A stretch of 64,000 bases of DNA from an uncultured Candidatus Binatia bacterium (GTDB lineage: Bacteria > Desulfobacterota > Binatia > UBA9968 > JAJDTQ01): assembly GCA_964291295.2 (NCBI GenBank), contig OZ219754.1:864001-928000 (forward strand), written 5' to 3'. This document shows, piece after piece, positions 1 to 9,922 of this stretch. Positions within the stretch are counted from its first letter, which is position 1. Every line of letters begins with the position of its first letter. Made by a program: the position numbers and the translations under genes. The notes below the pieces were generated by a model, which saw only the letters and a program-made list of their open reading frames with translations, did not search any database and was not told where the DNA came from.

Positions 1-187
1 CGGGTTGAGGTTGTCGGCATCATGCTCCAGGCCGTCGGAGGTGGCCCGCATGGGCGCGGCTCCGGGCATTGTGTGGCGTCCACCCCTGAGTAACAGTTCG
101 GCGCCGGTTTTTCAAAACATGGAACAGAACAACGGTGCTTGAGAGCGGGGGAAGAGGAAGGCATACTGACTGTCGGAGCGAAGCGGG

Positions 188-1141
188 ATGAGCGACCAGT
201 TGCCGATCCTCATACTTGCCGGCGGCAACGATCGACTGGAGACGATACCCCACGGATTCACGGCCGACGACGTGTTGCGGGGCTTCAAGGGGGCGGTGAA
301 GCTCCCGTCCGGGCGGTGTATCGCCGGCGAGCTGGTTCAGCGCATTCGCGAGAGCGGGCGGTTCAAGGAGCCCGTTCTCGTAGGCCCTCAGCGGGTCTAC
401 GACGGCTTGGTGGACTGTGAGATCCTGGACACCACCGGCGACCTGCTTGCCACCATCACGGCCTTTGCTTCGGTGCTGACCCGGCGTTATCCGGACCGGC
501 CCGTGGCCGTGTCGGCCTGCGACATCCTGCCCACCGCCGCGGATTTCCGGGATCTTCTGGACGAATCGTATCTTCCCAACGCCAACAGCGGCCTCTGGTG
601 GCAGTTGATCGCGGCCGAGCCCGCGGAGATGGGCGTGAGCAGCTGGAAGCCGAGTTACCGCATGCGGCCGGCCCCCGGCGAGCCGCTGCTGAACCTCTAT
701 CCGGGTCATCTGGTGATCCTCCGATCCGAGGCGGTCCGTCTCGACATCTTCAACCGGTTCCTGATGCTCGCCTACCGCTCTCGCAACCGCGGCCTCTGCG
801 GGCGCATGATCCGCATCACGCTCCGCGCCTTGGGCCTGTGGCTGGCGGACGACGCGAGACGCATCGCCTCGTTCCGGTGGCCCGGGCGCATCGTCTCGGC
901 TCCCTGGGGTATCTTCAGGGCTTATCGCAGATACGGCCGGGGGCGGCTCGCGGTTTCCGACCTCGCCGGCGAGTTGACCCGGCAGATCATGGTGCCGGAC
1001 CGCTCTGGCCGCTTCGAGCACCCGGTGGCGATGGTGGTGACCCGGCTGCGCTCCTTTGCCAAGGACATCGACACCCGCCCCGAACTGGAGGAAGTGCTGG
1101 GCGAGGGGGAGGTGACCAGGGACGATGTACGGACGGGGTGA
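188..1141 (+). CDS. Nucleotidyltransferase-like (GT-A/MobA-like fold) protein, function unknown
   Basis: N-terminal ILILAGG followed by FKG..KL, a central CDILP and a C-terminal KDIDT, as in NTP-transferase folds. Confidence 0.55.
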   Translation: MSDQLPILILAGGNDRLETIPHGFTADDVLRGFKGAVKLPSGRCIAGELVQRIRESGRFKEPVLVGPQRVYDGLVDCEILDTTGDLLATITAFASVLTRRYPDRPVAVSACDILPTAADFRDLLDESYLPNANSGLWWQLIAAEPAEMGVSSWKPSYRMRPAPGEPLLNLYPGHLVILRSEAVRLDIFNRFLMLAYRSRNRGLCGRMIRITLRALGLWLADDARRIASFRWPGRIVSAPWGIFRAYRRYGRGRLAVSDLAGELTRQIMVPDRSGRFEHPVAMVVTRLRSFAKDIDTRPELEEVLGEGEVTRDDVRTG

Positions 1142-1147
1142 GGGATA

Positions 1148-1873
1148 TTACAGGAGTGCGAGCCACTCGGTCAGAAACGCGGGCCCCTGGCGCTCGAGCC
1201 GGGGGGCGGCGCGGCCGGTGGCGGCCCGGAGTTCCGCCACCGAGATGCCGGGTGTCGTCTCGATCTCCAGCGTGTGGCCGATGAACCAGCGTTCGAGGCC
1301 GGCAGCCGTCACCTCGGCGTGAAACTGCAGCGCCAGCCCGTGCGCGCCCCAGCGAAAGGCCTGGTTCTCGCACGCTCGGGTGGCGGCCAGATGCACCCCG
1401 CCCCGGGGCAGGTGGAAGGTGTCCCCGTGCCAGTGGAGCACCGGCGTCTTGTCCGGCGCCAGGTGGCGCAGCGCCGACGCCGCGCCCGCCTCGGTCAGCG
1501 TCAGCGGCCCCCAGCCGATCTCCTTCGCCCCGGCCCGGTATACGCGGGCGCCCAGCGCCCGGGCCATGAGCTGGGCGCCCAGGCAGATGCCCAAGGTCGG
1601 CCGGCCGGCGTCCAGGCGCCGCTCCAGCAACCGGGTTTCGTCCGCCAGGAAGGGATACTGCCGGTCGTCGCCGGCGCCGATGGGCCCGCCCAGGACGATC
1701 AGAAGGTCGGCGCCGGCCACGCCGGGCCGGTCGAGCGCGTCCGAACCCGCGTCCAGGTATTCGATGCGGTAGCCGCGCCGGGTCAGCGGCTCGGCAAACG
1801 ACCCCAGATCCTCGAAGGCCACGTGGCGCAGGACCACGGCGCGGCGCGCGGTGACGGCGGTGGTGGCGTGCAT
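1148..1873 (-). CDS. Class I glutamine amidotransferase (GMP synthase-like)
   Basis: LRHVAFEDLG, LGGPIG, GICLGAQL nucleophile motif, WHGDTF, LQFHAE; start placed at MHATT (1873) instead of 1939. Confidence 0.88.
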   Translation of the reverse strand: MHATTAVTARRAVVLRHVAFEDLGSFAEPLTRRGYRIEYLDAGSDALDRPGVAGADLLIVLGGPIGAGDDRQYPFLADETRLLERRLDAGRPTLGICLGAQLMARALGARVYRAGAKEIGWGPLTLTEAGAASALRHLAPDKTPVLHWHGDTFHLPRGGVHLAATRACENQAFRWGAHGLALQFHAEVTAAGLERWFIGHTLEIETTPGISVAELRAATGRAAPRLERQGPAFLTEWLALL

Positions 1874-2069
1874 GAGCAGAAATACGGCGGTGAAGGAAAT
1901 ACGGCCGTGAACCTTCCACCGGGGGAAGGTCTGAACCACCCCGGGTTCGCCGGGGTGGAATCAATGGGGTTCACAGGTTGCGGGCCGCTCACTGTCGAGC
2001 CATCGCCCTGTTCAGACCTTCCCTAGCGCGGACAGGGATCGAGATCAACCGGCGAACGGCAGGGGGGAG

Positions 2070-3776
2070 ATGCAGATGGAAGATCACGGCGATCCCGGAC
2101 CTCTCGGGCTGTGCGGGCATCCGGTACTGCCCGCGCCCGATGGGCCGGTGGTCCTGCTCATTCTTGATGGCGTGGGGAACGGTGCGCAGGACGAGTTCGA
2201 CGCGGTGGCGCGGGCGCGGACGCCGAGCCTTGACCTGCTGCGCGAGACGGGGCTGGCGGCCGCGCTCCGGGCCCACGGCACCGCGGTGGGGCTGCCCTCG
2301 GACGCCGACATCGGCAACTCCGAGGTGGGACACAACATCATGGGCGCCGGGCGGGTGTTCGACCAGGGTGCCAAGTGCGTCGACCGCGCCATCAAGACCG
2401 GAACGCTGTGGAACGGCTACTGGAAGACGCTGGTGCAAGGCCTCCGGTCCGGCGGCGGCGCCCTGCACCTCATGGGCCTGCTCTCGGACGGCAACGTCCA
2501 CTCCCATGAGGCCCACCTTCACGCGCTCATCCGCCGCGCCCGCCAGGAAGGGCTGCCGCGGCTCTACGTGCACGCGCTGCTGGACGGCCGGGACGTCCCC
2601 GACCGCACCGCGCTCGTCCATATCGAACGCCTGGAAGCGCTGCTGGCCGAAGTCCGGGACCAGGACGGCCGCGACTACCGCATTGCCTCCGGCGGCGGCC
2701 GGATGGTGGTGACCATGGACCGGTACGAGGCCGACTGGAACATCGTCGCCCGGGGCTGGAGTGCCCACGTCCACGGCGAGGCCGAGGGCTTCCCCAGTGC
2801 CGCCGCCGCGGTGGAGCATTTCCGCGCCCGGGAGCCCGGTCTCAGCGACCAGGTGTTGCCGGCGTTCACCGTGCGGCAATCCGACGGCAGCCCGGTGGCC
2901 GCCATCGAGGACGGCGACGGGGTGATCTTCTTCAACTTCCGCGGCGACCGCGCCATCGAGATGTCCCGGGCCTTCGCCGAGGGCGGCGCGTTCGACCGCT
3001 TCGACCGCGGTCGGCTGCCGGCCGCGGCCTTCGCCGGCATGATGCTCTACGACGGCGACCGGGGCATCCCCGCGCACTATCTCGTGGCGCCCCCCGAGAT
3101 CAGCCACACTCTCGGCGCCTGTCTGGCGGCCGCCGGGATAACCCAGTTCGCCTGCGCCGAGACCCAGAAGTTCGGGCACGTCACCTATTTCTGGAACGGC
3201 AACCGCTCGGGCAAGTTCGACGACGCACTGGAGACGTACGTGGAGATCGCCTCGGAGCAGGGCTCCTTCGAGCAACGCCCGTGGATGCGCTCGGCCGAGA
3301 CCGCCGACGCGGTCAATGGGGCCATCGCCGAAGGGCGCTACCGTTTCATACGCGCCAACTTCGCCGGCGGCGACATGGTCGGCCACACCGGCAACCTGGA
3401 AGCCACCGTCACCGCCGTGGAAGCCATCGACCGGGCCGTGGGTCGGATCTTCGCGGCGGTGGCCGCGGTCCGGGGTTGCCTGGTGGTGACCGCCGACCAC
3501 GGCAATGCCGAGGACATGGTGGAGCGCGACCCGCAAGGCGCGCCGCTCCGCGACCGCGGCAAGCCGGTCTTTCGCACCGCCCATTCCATCAATCCCGTGC
3601 CGTTCCTGATCCGCGACTTTTCCGGGCGCCGCCACGCGCTGGCGCCGCCCCCGGACGCGGGCCTCGGCAACCTCGCTGCCACCCTGCTCGAACTGCTGGG
3701 CTACCAGCCTCCCGCCCACTTCGCTCCGAGCCTGCTGCGGGCGCCGTCCGGCAACCCGCGCGTTGGGCCGCGTTGA
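2070..3776 (+). CDS. gpmI: 2,3-bisphosphoglycerate-independent phosphoglycerate mutase
   Basis: LILDGVG, GNSEVGH, SDGNVHSH, DGRDVP, NFRGDRA, ETQKFGHVTYF, DMVGHTG, TADHGNAE. Confidence 0.96.
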   Translation: MQMEDHGDPGPLGLCGHPVLPAPDGPVVLLILDGVGNGAQDEFDAVARARTPSLDLLRETGLAAALRAHGTAVGLPSDADIGNSEVGHNIMGAGRVFDQGAKCVDRAIKTGTLWNGYWKTLVQGLRSGGGALHLMGLLSDGNVHSHEAHLHALIRRARQEGLPRLYVHALLDGRDVPDRTALVHIERLEALLAEVRDQDGRDYRIASGGGRMVVTMDRYEADWNIVARGWSAHVHGEAEGFPSAAAAVEHFRAREPGLSDQVLPAFTVRQSDGSPVAAIEDGDGVIFFNFRGDRAIEMSRAFAEGGAFDRFDRGRLPAAAFAGMMLYDGDRGIPAHYLVAPPEISHTLGACLAAAGITQFACAETQKFGHVTYFWNGNRSGKFDDALETYVEIASEQGSFEQRPWMRSAETADAVNGAIAEGRYRFIRANFAGGDMVGHTGNLEATVTAVEAIDRAVGRIFAAVAAVRGCLVVTADHGNAEDMVERDPQGAPLRDRGKPVFRTAHSINPVPFLIRDFSGRRHALAPPPDAGLGNLAATLLELLGYQPPAHFAPSLLRAPSGNPRVGPR

Positions 3777-3903
3777 CTCCGGGACCGCCGCCGGCGCGGA
3801 AGGGGATCGAAGGGGACTGCCCGCGCCGCCAGCCCGGGCGCCGCGTGTTCGACCGACGGCTCGCGGCGGCTCTCCATCCGGCGCAAGGGCATTTCGCATC
3901 CTG

Positions 3904-3933
3904 TTGACCCTTCTTCACCACCCGGAGTAGACT
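3904..3933 (+). promoter_or_regulatory. Sigma70/SigA-type promoter for polA, probably leaderless
   Basis: TTGACC (3904-3909), 18 nt, TAGACT (3928-3933), then 6 nt to ATG 3940. Confidence 0.6.
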
Positions 3934-3939
3934 GAACCA

Positions 3940-6711
3940 ATGGCCGCGACAGGTGACAGCGCCGGTGCTGCGGCACCGGCCGCTTCCGGCGCAGGCAGGA
4001 ACAGGAACCGCATCCTTCTTCTGGACAGCTATTCCCTGGCGTTTCGCGCCTTCTTCGCCCTTCCGGAAACCTTGGTGACGAGTTCCGGGCAGGTGACCAA
4101 CGCGGTGTTCGGCTTCACCTCGATGCTCATCAAGCTGGAGGGCGAGGAACGTCCCGACGCGGTCATCGCCTGCATGGACAAGGGGGAACCGCAGTTCCGC
4201 CTGGACCAGTATCCGGCCTACAAGGCGGGCCGGAGCGAGACACCCCCGACCCTGCGGCAGCAGATCCCCCTGATCCGCGAGGTGCTGGAGACCCTTTGCC
4301 TGCCGGTGGTGGAGCTGGCGGGGTACGAGGCTGACGATCTCCTGGCCACGCTGGCCCGGCGCGGGCGCGAGGCCGGGCATCACGTGATCATCGTCAGCGG
4401 CGACCGGGACTGCCTGCAGCTCGTGAACGACCATGTCACCGTACTCATGACGCGCAGGGGCGTGACCGACATGATTCGCTACGACCCGGCGATGGTGGTG
4501 AAACGTTATGGCGTCGGTCCGGAGCGCTGGATCGATTTCGCCGCCCTCAAGGGCGAGCAGGCCGACAACCTTCCCGGCGTCCCCGGCGTGGGCGACAAGA
4601 CGGCGGCCACGCTGCTGCGGAAGTACGGCGACATCGAGGGCATCATCGAGCATGCGGACGAGCTCACTCCGAAGCTCCGCAAGGGGATCGAGGCGTGCGC
4701 CGACCAGGTGAGGCTCAACCGCAGGCTGGGGCGATTGCTGGACGACGTGCCGCTGGAGACCGACGAGGGCCTGTTCGTGCGCCGGCCCCGGGATCCGGAG
4801 ACGGTGCGCAAGCTGTTCACGTCCCTGGAGTTCAGGACGCTCTACCAGCGGCTGCTGGCACTGGCCCCTGAAACGGAGCCGCCGGAGGAGGCGGTGATCC
4901 GGCCGTCGTCCATCACCCGGTGGAGTTCCGACGCGGACTTTCCCCGGGGGGAGGCGGTGGCGGTGGCCTGGGATGGAGAGATGGCGGCGCTGTGCGTGCG
5001 CCCCGGCAAGGTGGGGGTGCTGCCGCTGGAGGAGGCGGCGGGCGCCGGCGGGGTGCTGGCGGCCGAGGGCACCGCCAAGGTGCTGTACGAGTCCAAGCCT
5101 CTGTACAGCGCCATGATCGACAAGGGCGCCGGATTGCGGGGCGTGCGCTGCGATCTCAAGGTCGCGGCCTACCTGCTGGACCCGGGCGCCAGCGGCGGCT
5201 ACGCGCTCAAGGACCTCGTGCGCCGCTACCTGAACGCCGAGCTCGCCGGCGATGGGGCGAACGGCGCGGCGCCGAACGACAAGACACCGGGTGGGCGGAC
5301 GGGTTCGGGCACCGCCGCGGCGTGCGGTCCGGACGGCGAAACGGCCGAGGCCCCGGCGGGCGCACTCCAGGGAGACCTGCTGGCCGCCGGCGGCGGGGAA
5401 CGGGAGCGGGCGCTGCGCCGGCTGGCCGCCGAGGCGGCGGCGGTGCAGGCCTTGGCGCCGGTCCTGGAGGCGGGACTCCGGGAGGCCGGGGTCCGGGAGC
5501 TGGCGCAGGCGCTGGAGTTCCCGCTCACCGAAGTGCTGGCGCGCATGGAGCATGCCGGCATTCTGGTGGACGCCGACTATCTCGACGGCCTCAACCGGGA
5601 GCTGGGGGAGCGCATGAACTCGCTCCACGCCAAGGTTCAGGAGCACGCCGGCGAGACTTTCAACGTGAACTCCCACCCGCAGTTGTCTCGCATTCTGTTC
5701 GAGAAGCTCGGGCTGCCCAAGACCCGGAAGATCAAGACCGGCTACTCCACCGACGCCTCGGAGCTGGGCAAGCTGGCTGGCCGCCATCCCGTCATCGACA
5801 CGCTCCTGGAGTACCGCGAGGTGGCCAAGCTCAGGACCGGCTTCACCGATTCCCTGCTGGCCTTGGTCAATCCGGCGACCGGTCGCATCCACACCACCTA
5901 CGAGCAGGCGGCCGCCGCCACCGGCCGGCTGTCGTCGTCGGCGCCGAATCTTCAGAACATCCCCATCCGGGCGGACCTGGGACGGCAGATACGGCGTGCG
6001 TTCGTGGCCCCGCCCGGCAGCGTGCTGGTTTCCGCGGACTATTCGCAGATCGAGTTGCGCGTGCTCGCCCACCTGTCCGGGGACGGGAGTCTGCTCTCGG
6101 CCTTCGCCCAGGGGCACGACTTTCACGCCGCCACCGCCGCCAAGGTTTTCGGCGTGGACTTGGGCGATGTCACCTCGGAGATGCGCAGCCGCGTCAAGCA
6201 GTTCTCCTACGGCATCGCCTACGGCATGTCGGCGTTCGGGGTCTCCCAGCGGCTGGGCATCGAGGTGGGCGAGGCGCGGGCGTTCATCGACGCCTACTAC
6301 GCCCAGTTCCCGGCGGTGAAGGCGTTCCTGGACTCGCAGGTGGAGAAGGCCCGGATGGACGGCTTCACCACCACCCTGTTCGGCCGCCGCCGCTATCTGC
6401 CGGAGCTTCAGTCCGCCAACCACCGCCTGCGGGCGGTGGGCGAGCGCATGGCCCTGAACGCGCCGATCCAGGGCACTGCCGCCGACATCATGAAACGGGC
6501 GATGATCGCGGTGGACCGTGCGCTGCTGGAGGAAACGGTGGCGCGCATGCTGCTCACGGTCCACGACGAACTGGTGTTCGAGGTGCCCTGCGCCTCGCTG
6601 GACCGGGCCACGAGCCTGATCAGGGAGTGCATGGAAGGAGCCGCCGCGCTGCGCTGCGGCCTGGTGGTGGATCTCCACACCGGGGACAACTGGGCGGACG
6701 CGCATGCTTAG
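3940..6711 (+). CDS. polA: DNA polymerase I
   Basis: 5'-3' exonuclease motifs (LLDSYSLAFRAF, YEADD, DNLPGVPGVG); polymerase motifs TGRLSS..PNLQNIP, ADYSQIELR, NAPIQGTAADI, VHDELVFE. Confidence 0.97.
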   Translation: MAATGDSAGAAAPAASGAGRNRNRILLLDSYSLAFRAFFALPETLVTSSGQVTNAVFGFTSMLIKLEGEERPDAVIACMDKGEPQFRLDQYPAYKAGRSETPPTLRQQIPLIREVLETLCLPVVELAGYEADDLLATLARRGREAGHHVIIVSGDRDCLQLVNDHVTVLMTRRGVTDMIRYDPAMVVKRYGVGPERWIDFAALKGEQADNLPGVPGVGDKTAATLLRKYGDIEGIIEHADELTPKLRKGIEACADQVRLNRRLGRLLDDVPLETDEGLFVRRPRDPETVRKLFTSLEFRTLYQRLLALAPETEPPEEAVIRPSSITRWSSDADFPRGEAVAVAWDGEMAALCVRPGKVGVLPLEEAAGAGGVLAAEGTAKVLYESKPLYSAMIDKGAGLRGVRCDLKVAAYLLDPGASGGYALKDLVRRYLNAELAGDGANGAAPNDKTPGGRTGSGTAAACGPDGETAEAPAGALQGDLLAAGGGERERALRRLAAEAAAVQALAPVLEAGLREAGVRELAQALEFPLTEVLARMEHAGILVDADYLDGLNRELGERMNSLHAKVQEHAGETFNVNSHPQLSRILFEKLGLPKTRKIKTGYSTDASELGKLAGRHPVIDTLLEYREVAKLRTGFTDSLLALVNPATGRIHTTYEQAAAATGRLSSSAPNLQNIPIRADLGRQIRRAFVAPPGSVLVSADYSQIELRVLAHLSGDGSLLSAFAQGHDFHAATAAKVFGVDLGDVTSEMRSRVKQFSYGIAYGMSAFGVSQRLGIEVGEARAFIDAYYAQFPAVKAFLDSQVEKARMDGFTTTLFGRRRYLPELQSANHRLRAVGERMALNAPIQGTAADIMKRAMIAVDRALLEETVARMLLTVHDELVFEVPCASLDRATSLIRECMEGAAALRCGLVVDLHTGDNWADAHA

Positions 6712-6735
6712 GAACGTGGTCATACGGGAGGTGAC

Positions 6736-7617
6736 ATGACCTGGATACAGGAATTCCCAACCCTGGACGAAGCCTCGCTGCGCGTCCTCAAGAAGGCGTT
6801 CGACTCGGGGTACCGGTCGTTCTCCAGGAGCTACGGCGACGCCATCGAGGGTTTCTTCGATCCGCTGCTCTTCTTTCTGGTGTGGTTCGAGCGCTTCCTG
6901 CTGGCCACCCCCTGGTGGCTGATGATCATCGTGGTGGCTTCGGTGTGCTATGTGGCCGGCCGCAGCCTGAAGCTCTCCATCACGGTGGCGGTTGCGCTCT
7001 TCCTCATCGGCTACTTCGGCATGTGGGAGGACACCATGCGGACCCTGGCGATCATCTTCGTCTCCACGATGATCGCCATCGCCATCGGCATTCCGGTAGG
7101 GATCTGGATGTCCCGTTCCGACCGCGTGCAGGCGGTGATCACGCCGGTGCTGGACGTCATGCAGACCATGCCCATCTTCGTCTACCTGATTCCGGTGGTG
7201 ATGCTCTTCGGACTCGGCAAGATCCCCGGACTCATCGCGGTGGTGATCTATGCCGTGCCGCCGGTGATCCGGCTCACCAATCTGGGGATTCGGCTGGTGG
7301 ACAAGGAGGTGCTGGAGGCCGCTGACGCCTTCGGCACGGACACCTGGCGGCGGCTGTTCGACATCCAGATGCCGCTGGCGCTGCCCAACATCATGGCGGG
7401 CGTGAACCAGACCATCATGATGGCGCTCTCCATGGTGGTGATCGCCTCCATGATCGGCGTCAAGGGCCTGGGGCAGCCGGTGCTTCAGGCGGTGACCAAC
7501 CAGTACTTTGCGCTGGGCCTTTTCAACGGCGCCGCGGTGGTGGCGCTGGCCATCGTGTTCGACCGCATCACCCAGAGCTACGGCAGGCGCATACAAAGCA
7601 ACAGGCAGACATCATGA
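6736..7617 (+). CDS. proW: Glycine betaine/proline ABC transporter permease
   Basis: LDVMQTMPIFVYLIP, IRLTNLGIR, EAA loop, MAGVNQTIMMALSMVVIASMIG. Confidence 0.9.
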   Translation: MTWIQEFPTLDEASLRVLKKAFDSGYRSFSRSYGDAIEGFFDPLLFFLVWFERFLLATPWWLMIIVVASVCYVAGRSLKLSITVAVALFLIGYFGMWEDTMRTLAIIFVSTMIAIAIGIPVGIWMSRSDRVQAVITPVLDVMQTMPIFVYLIPVVMLFGLGKIPGLIAVVIYAVPPVIRLTNLGIRLVDKEVLEAADAFGTDTWRRLFDIQMPLALPNIMAGVNQTIMMALSMVVIASMIGVKGLGQPVLQAVTNQYFALGLFNGAAVVALAIVFDRITQSYGRRIQSNRQTS

Positions 7618-8675
7618 ATATGGCAAATGCTTCGAATATCGAAATCCGGTCCCTGTACAAGGTGTTCGGCAACGCTCCCGCGTCGGTGATGCCCCTGGTG
7701 CGGGACGGCATGGACAAGAAGGAGTTGCTGGATACCCACGGCCACGTGCTGGGGCTGCGGGACATCAATCTGAAGGTCAAGCCGGGCAGCATCCAGGTGG
7801 TGATGGGACTCAGCGGCTGCGGCAAGTCCACGCTGGTGCGGCACATCAATCGGCTTATCGACCCCACCGAGGGGACCGTGCGGGTGGATGGCCAGGACGT
7901 GCTCGGCCTGGACCAGGCCGCGCTTCAGCACCTGCGGCGGCACAAGGTCAGCATGGTGTTTCAGCGCTTTGCGCTGTTTCCCCACCGGACCATCCTGGAG
8001 AACGTCCGGTACGGGCTGCTGATGCAGGGCCTGGCCCGGACCGAGTGCGACAGCCGGGCGGAGCGGTGGATCGAGCGGGTCGGGCTCTCGGGCTACGAAG
8101 GGTCCTATCCGCACCATCTCTCCGGCGGCATGCAGCAGCGCGTGGGCCTCGCCCGGGCGCTGGCCACCGACGCCGAGATCCTGCTGATGGACGAGGCCTT
8201 CAGCGCCCTGGATCCGCTGATTCGCACCGACATGCAGACCCTGCTGCTGGAGCTGCAGCGGGAGTTGAACCGCACCATCCTGTTCGTTACCCACGACCTC
8301 GAGGAGGCCATCACCCTGGGCGACAGCATTGCGATCCTGCGCGACGGCGAGGTGGTGCAGAACGGCGATTCCCAGGAGATCGTGCTGAAGCCCAGCGACG
8401 ATTACATTTCCAACTTCACCCGGAACATCAACCGTGGCCGTGTGATCCGGGTCGGTTCGATCATGGAGCCCACGCAAACCCGGGCGCAGGGAAAGGGCGG
8501 CAAGGACTACTCCGTTCCTTCGGAGATGCTGTTGGAGGAGGCGCTGCCCCGGGTGGTGGCGTCGCCCGACGACAAGGCCGCGGTGGTGGACGTGAAGGGC
8601 AAGACCGTGGGCGCCATCTCGGTGGGCCGCATGGTCCACGCCTTGGCCGGCGACCGGCTGACGGGGGCGGCGTAG
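7614..8675 (+). CDS. proV: Glycine betaine/proline ABC transporter ATP-binding subunit
   Basis: GLSGCGKST Walker A, LSGGMQQRVGLARAL, LLMDEAFSALDPLIR, C-terminal CBS-like region. Confidence 0.9.
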   Translation: MNMANASNIEIRSLYKVFGNAPASVMPLVRDGMDKKELLDTHGHVLGLRDINLKVKPGSIQVVMGLSGCGKSTLVRHINRLIDPTEGTVRVDGQDVLGLDQAALQHLRRHKVSMVFQRFALFPHRTILENVRYGLLMQGLARTECDSRAERWIERVGLSGYEGSYPHHLSGGMQQRVGLARALATDAEILLMDEAFSALDPLIRTDMQTLLLELQRELNRTILFVTHDLEEAITLGDSIAILRDGEVVQNGDSQEIVLKPSDDYISNFTRNINRGRVIRVGSIMEPTQTRAQGKGGKDYSVPSEMLLEEALPRVVASPDDKAAVVDVKGKTVGAISVGRMVHALAGDRLTGAA

Positions 8676-9054
8676 CGCCTGATTCAGGGTCGAAGGGGTG
8701 AGGGTGCGACGGTAAGACTCCGCATGGGGTCGAGACCGGGCTGCCTGCACACCGCCACCGCTTGAAACGTCGGCGCCACAAGGGAATGGAGCGGTCGCGG
8801 CGATTGAGCGAGGCGACCGGGCCGCGATTTTCGAGCGCGTTCCGCGTTGTGGTTCGAGGGTCAAGGTAACAGAAGTAGCCGAGGCTTTGCCCGGGTCCGC
8901 GTCACGAACTCGTCGGTGTCGGCTGGGTCGGTGGGGTGAAAGTCTGCCGGCTCGCCTCGACGAAGGCCGCGAACGAGCTCGATGGACCCAAGGCGTTCGG
9001 TTTGAAATGACAAGATGGTTTGGATAAGCTGGCTTGCGGACAGGAGGACTTGCG

Positions 9055-9922
9055 ATGAGTATCGAATGAACCGGCGGTGATGGCATTGATGAACTGCAGG
9101 GCGGTATTGGCGACGATACGCTGGATGGCCCCGGTGGCGACGACACGCTGTATGGCGGTTCGGGCAACGACAGTCTGTTCGGCGGCCAAGGCGACGACAC
9201 GCTGAGGGGCGGCAGGGGTGGGGACACGCTGTATGGCGGCCTGGGGGCGGACACCTTCGCATTCGCGGTGGGGGACGGCGCCGACAAGATCGTCGCTTTC
9301 GAGGCCGGCGACACGATCGAGATTGCCGGGGTGTCTGGCGGTTTCCCTGCGCTGGTGATCGGCCGATACCTTCGTGTTCCACGAGGGTGATGGGCAGGAC
9401 AAGATCAAGAATTTCGGCTGCGGGTCTGGTAGAAGTGGCGAGCGCCCTTCCACTTACGAAGATTACGTTGCGGCCGAGAAGAAGGCCTTGGCCAATGGGT
9501 GGACGGATATCATCCAGCTTCACCTCAACGCTACGGCCGACGACACCTCGGACCAAGCTGCTTTCGAGTCGCTGAATATCCGTCAGGACGGCGACCATAC
9601 CGTCATCGGCTACGGCGATTCGGGAGATACCATCACACTGTTCGATACCAAGATGGACTCCCTGAGCATGGACGACTTCAAGTTCGTTTTCATCGCCCAG
9701 GAGCCTGCGCCACAGAAAGTTTTCATGGGACAGAGATCCACCAGAGTCCCACTTGGCGCCCAATTCATGTCCAATTCATGTCCAATAATGGGACAAGGCT
9801 ACACGTTTCTGGCATTTTGGACGAAAATCTGGTCATGCGCTCCCACCGGTCACATCCCGAAGCGTCCTGCGGCGCAGGCTCCCAGGGTCGCTTCTGAAGG
9901 CGGGAGGGAAGTTCGAGAATGA
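9055..9922 (+). pseudogene. Disrupted RTX (hemolysin-type Ca-binding repeat) protein
   Basis: RBS CAGGAGG then ATG 9055. Reads [69 protein letters not shown], with TGA at 9067-9069 and a frameshift near 9360 into [15 protein letters not shown]...DDFKF. True 3' end probably near 9700. Confidence 0.8.

Noticed and set aside
1-23. Possible minus-strand gene start (M)MPTTST running off the window
   Set aside because: Too short to identify
3589-7596. Very long antisense ORFs (also 25379-28237, 34697-39445, 56068-57921, 58611-60818)
   Set aside because: Shadow frames of well-supported genes in GC-rich DNA; no motifs
9067-9069. In-frame TGA as selenocysteine
   Set aside because: Not a Cys-equivalent position in an RTX protein, and the gene carries a second lesion
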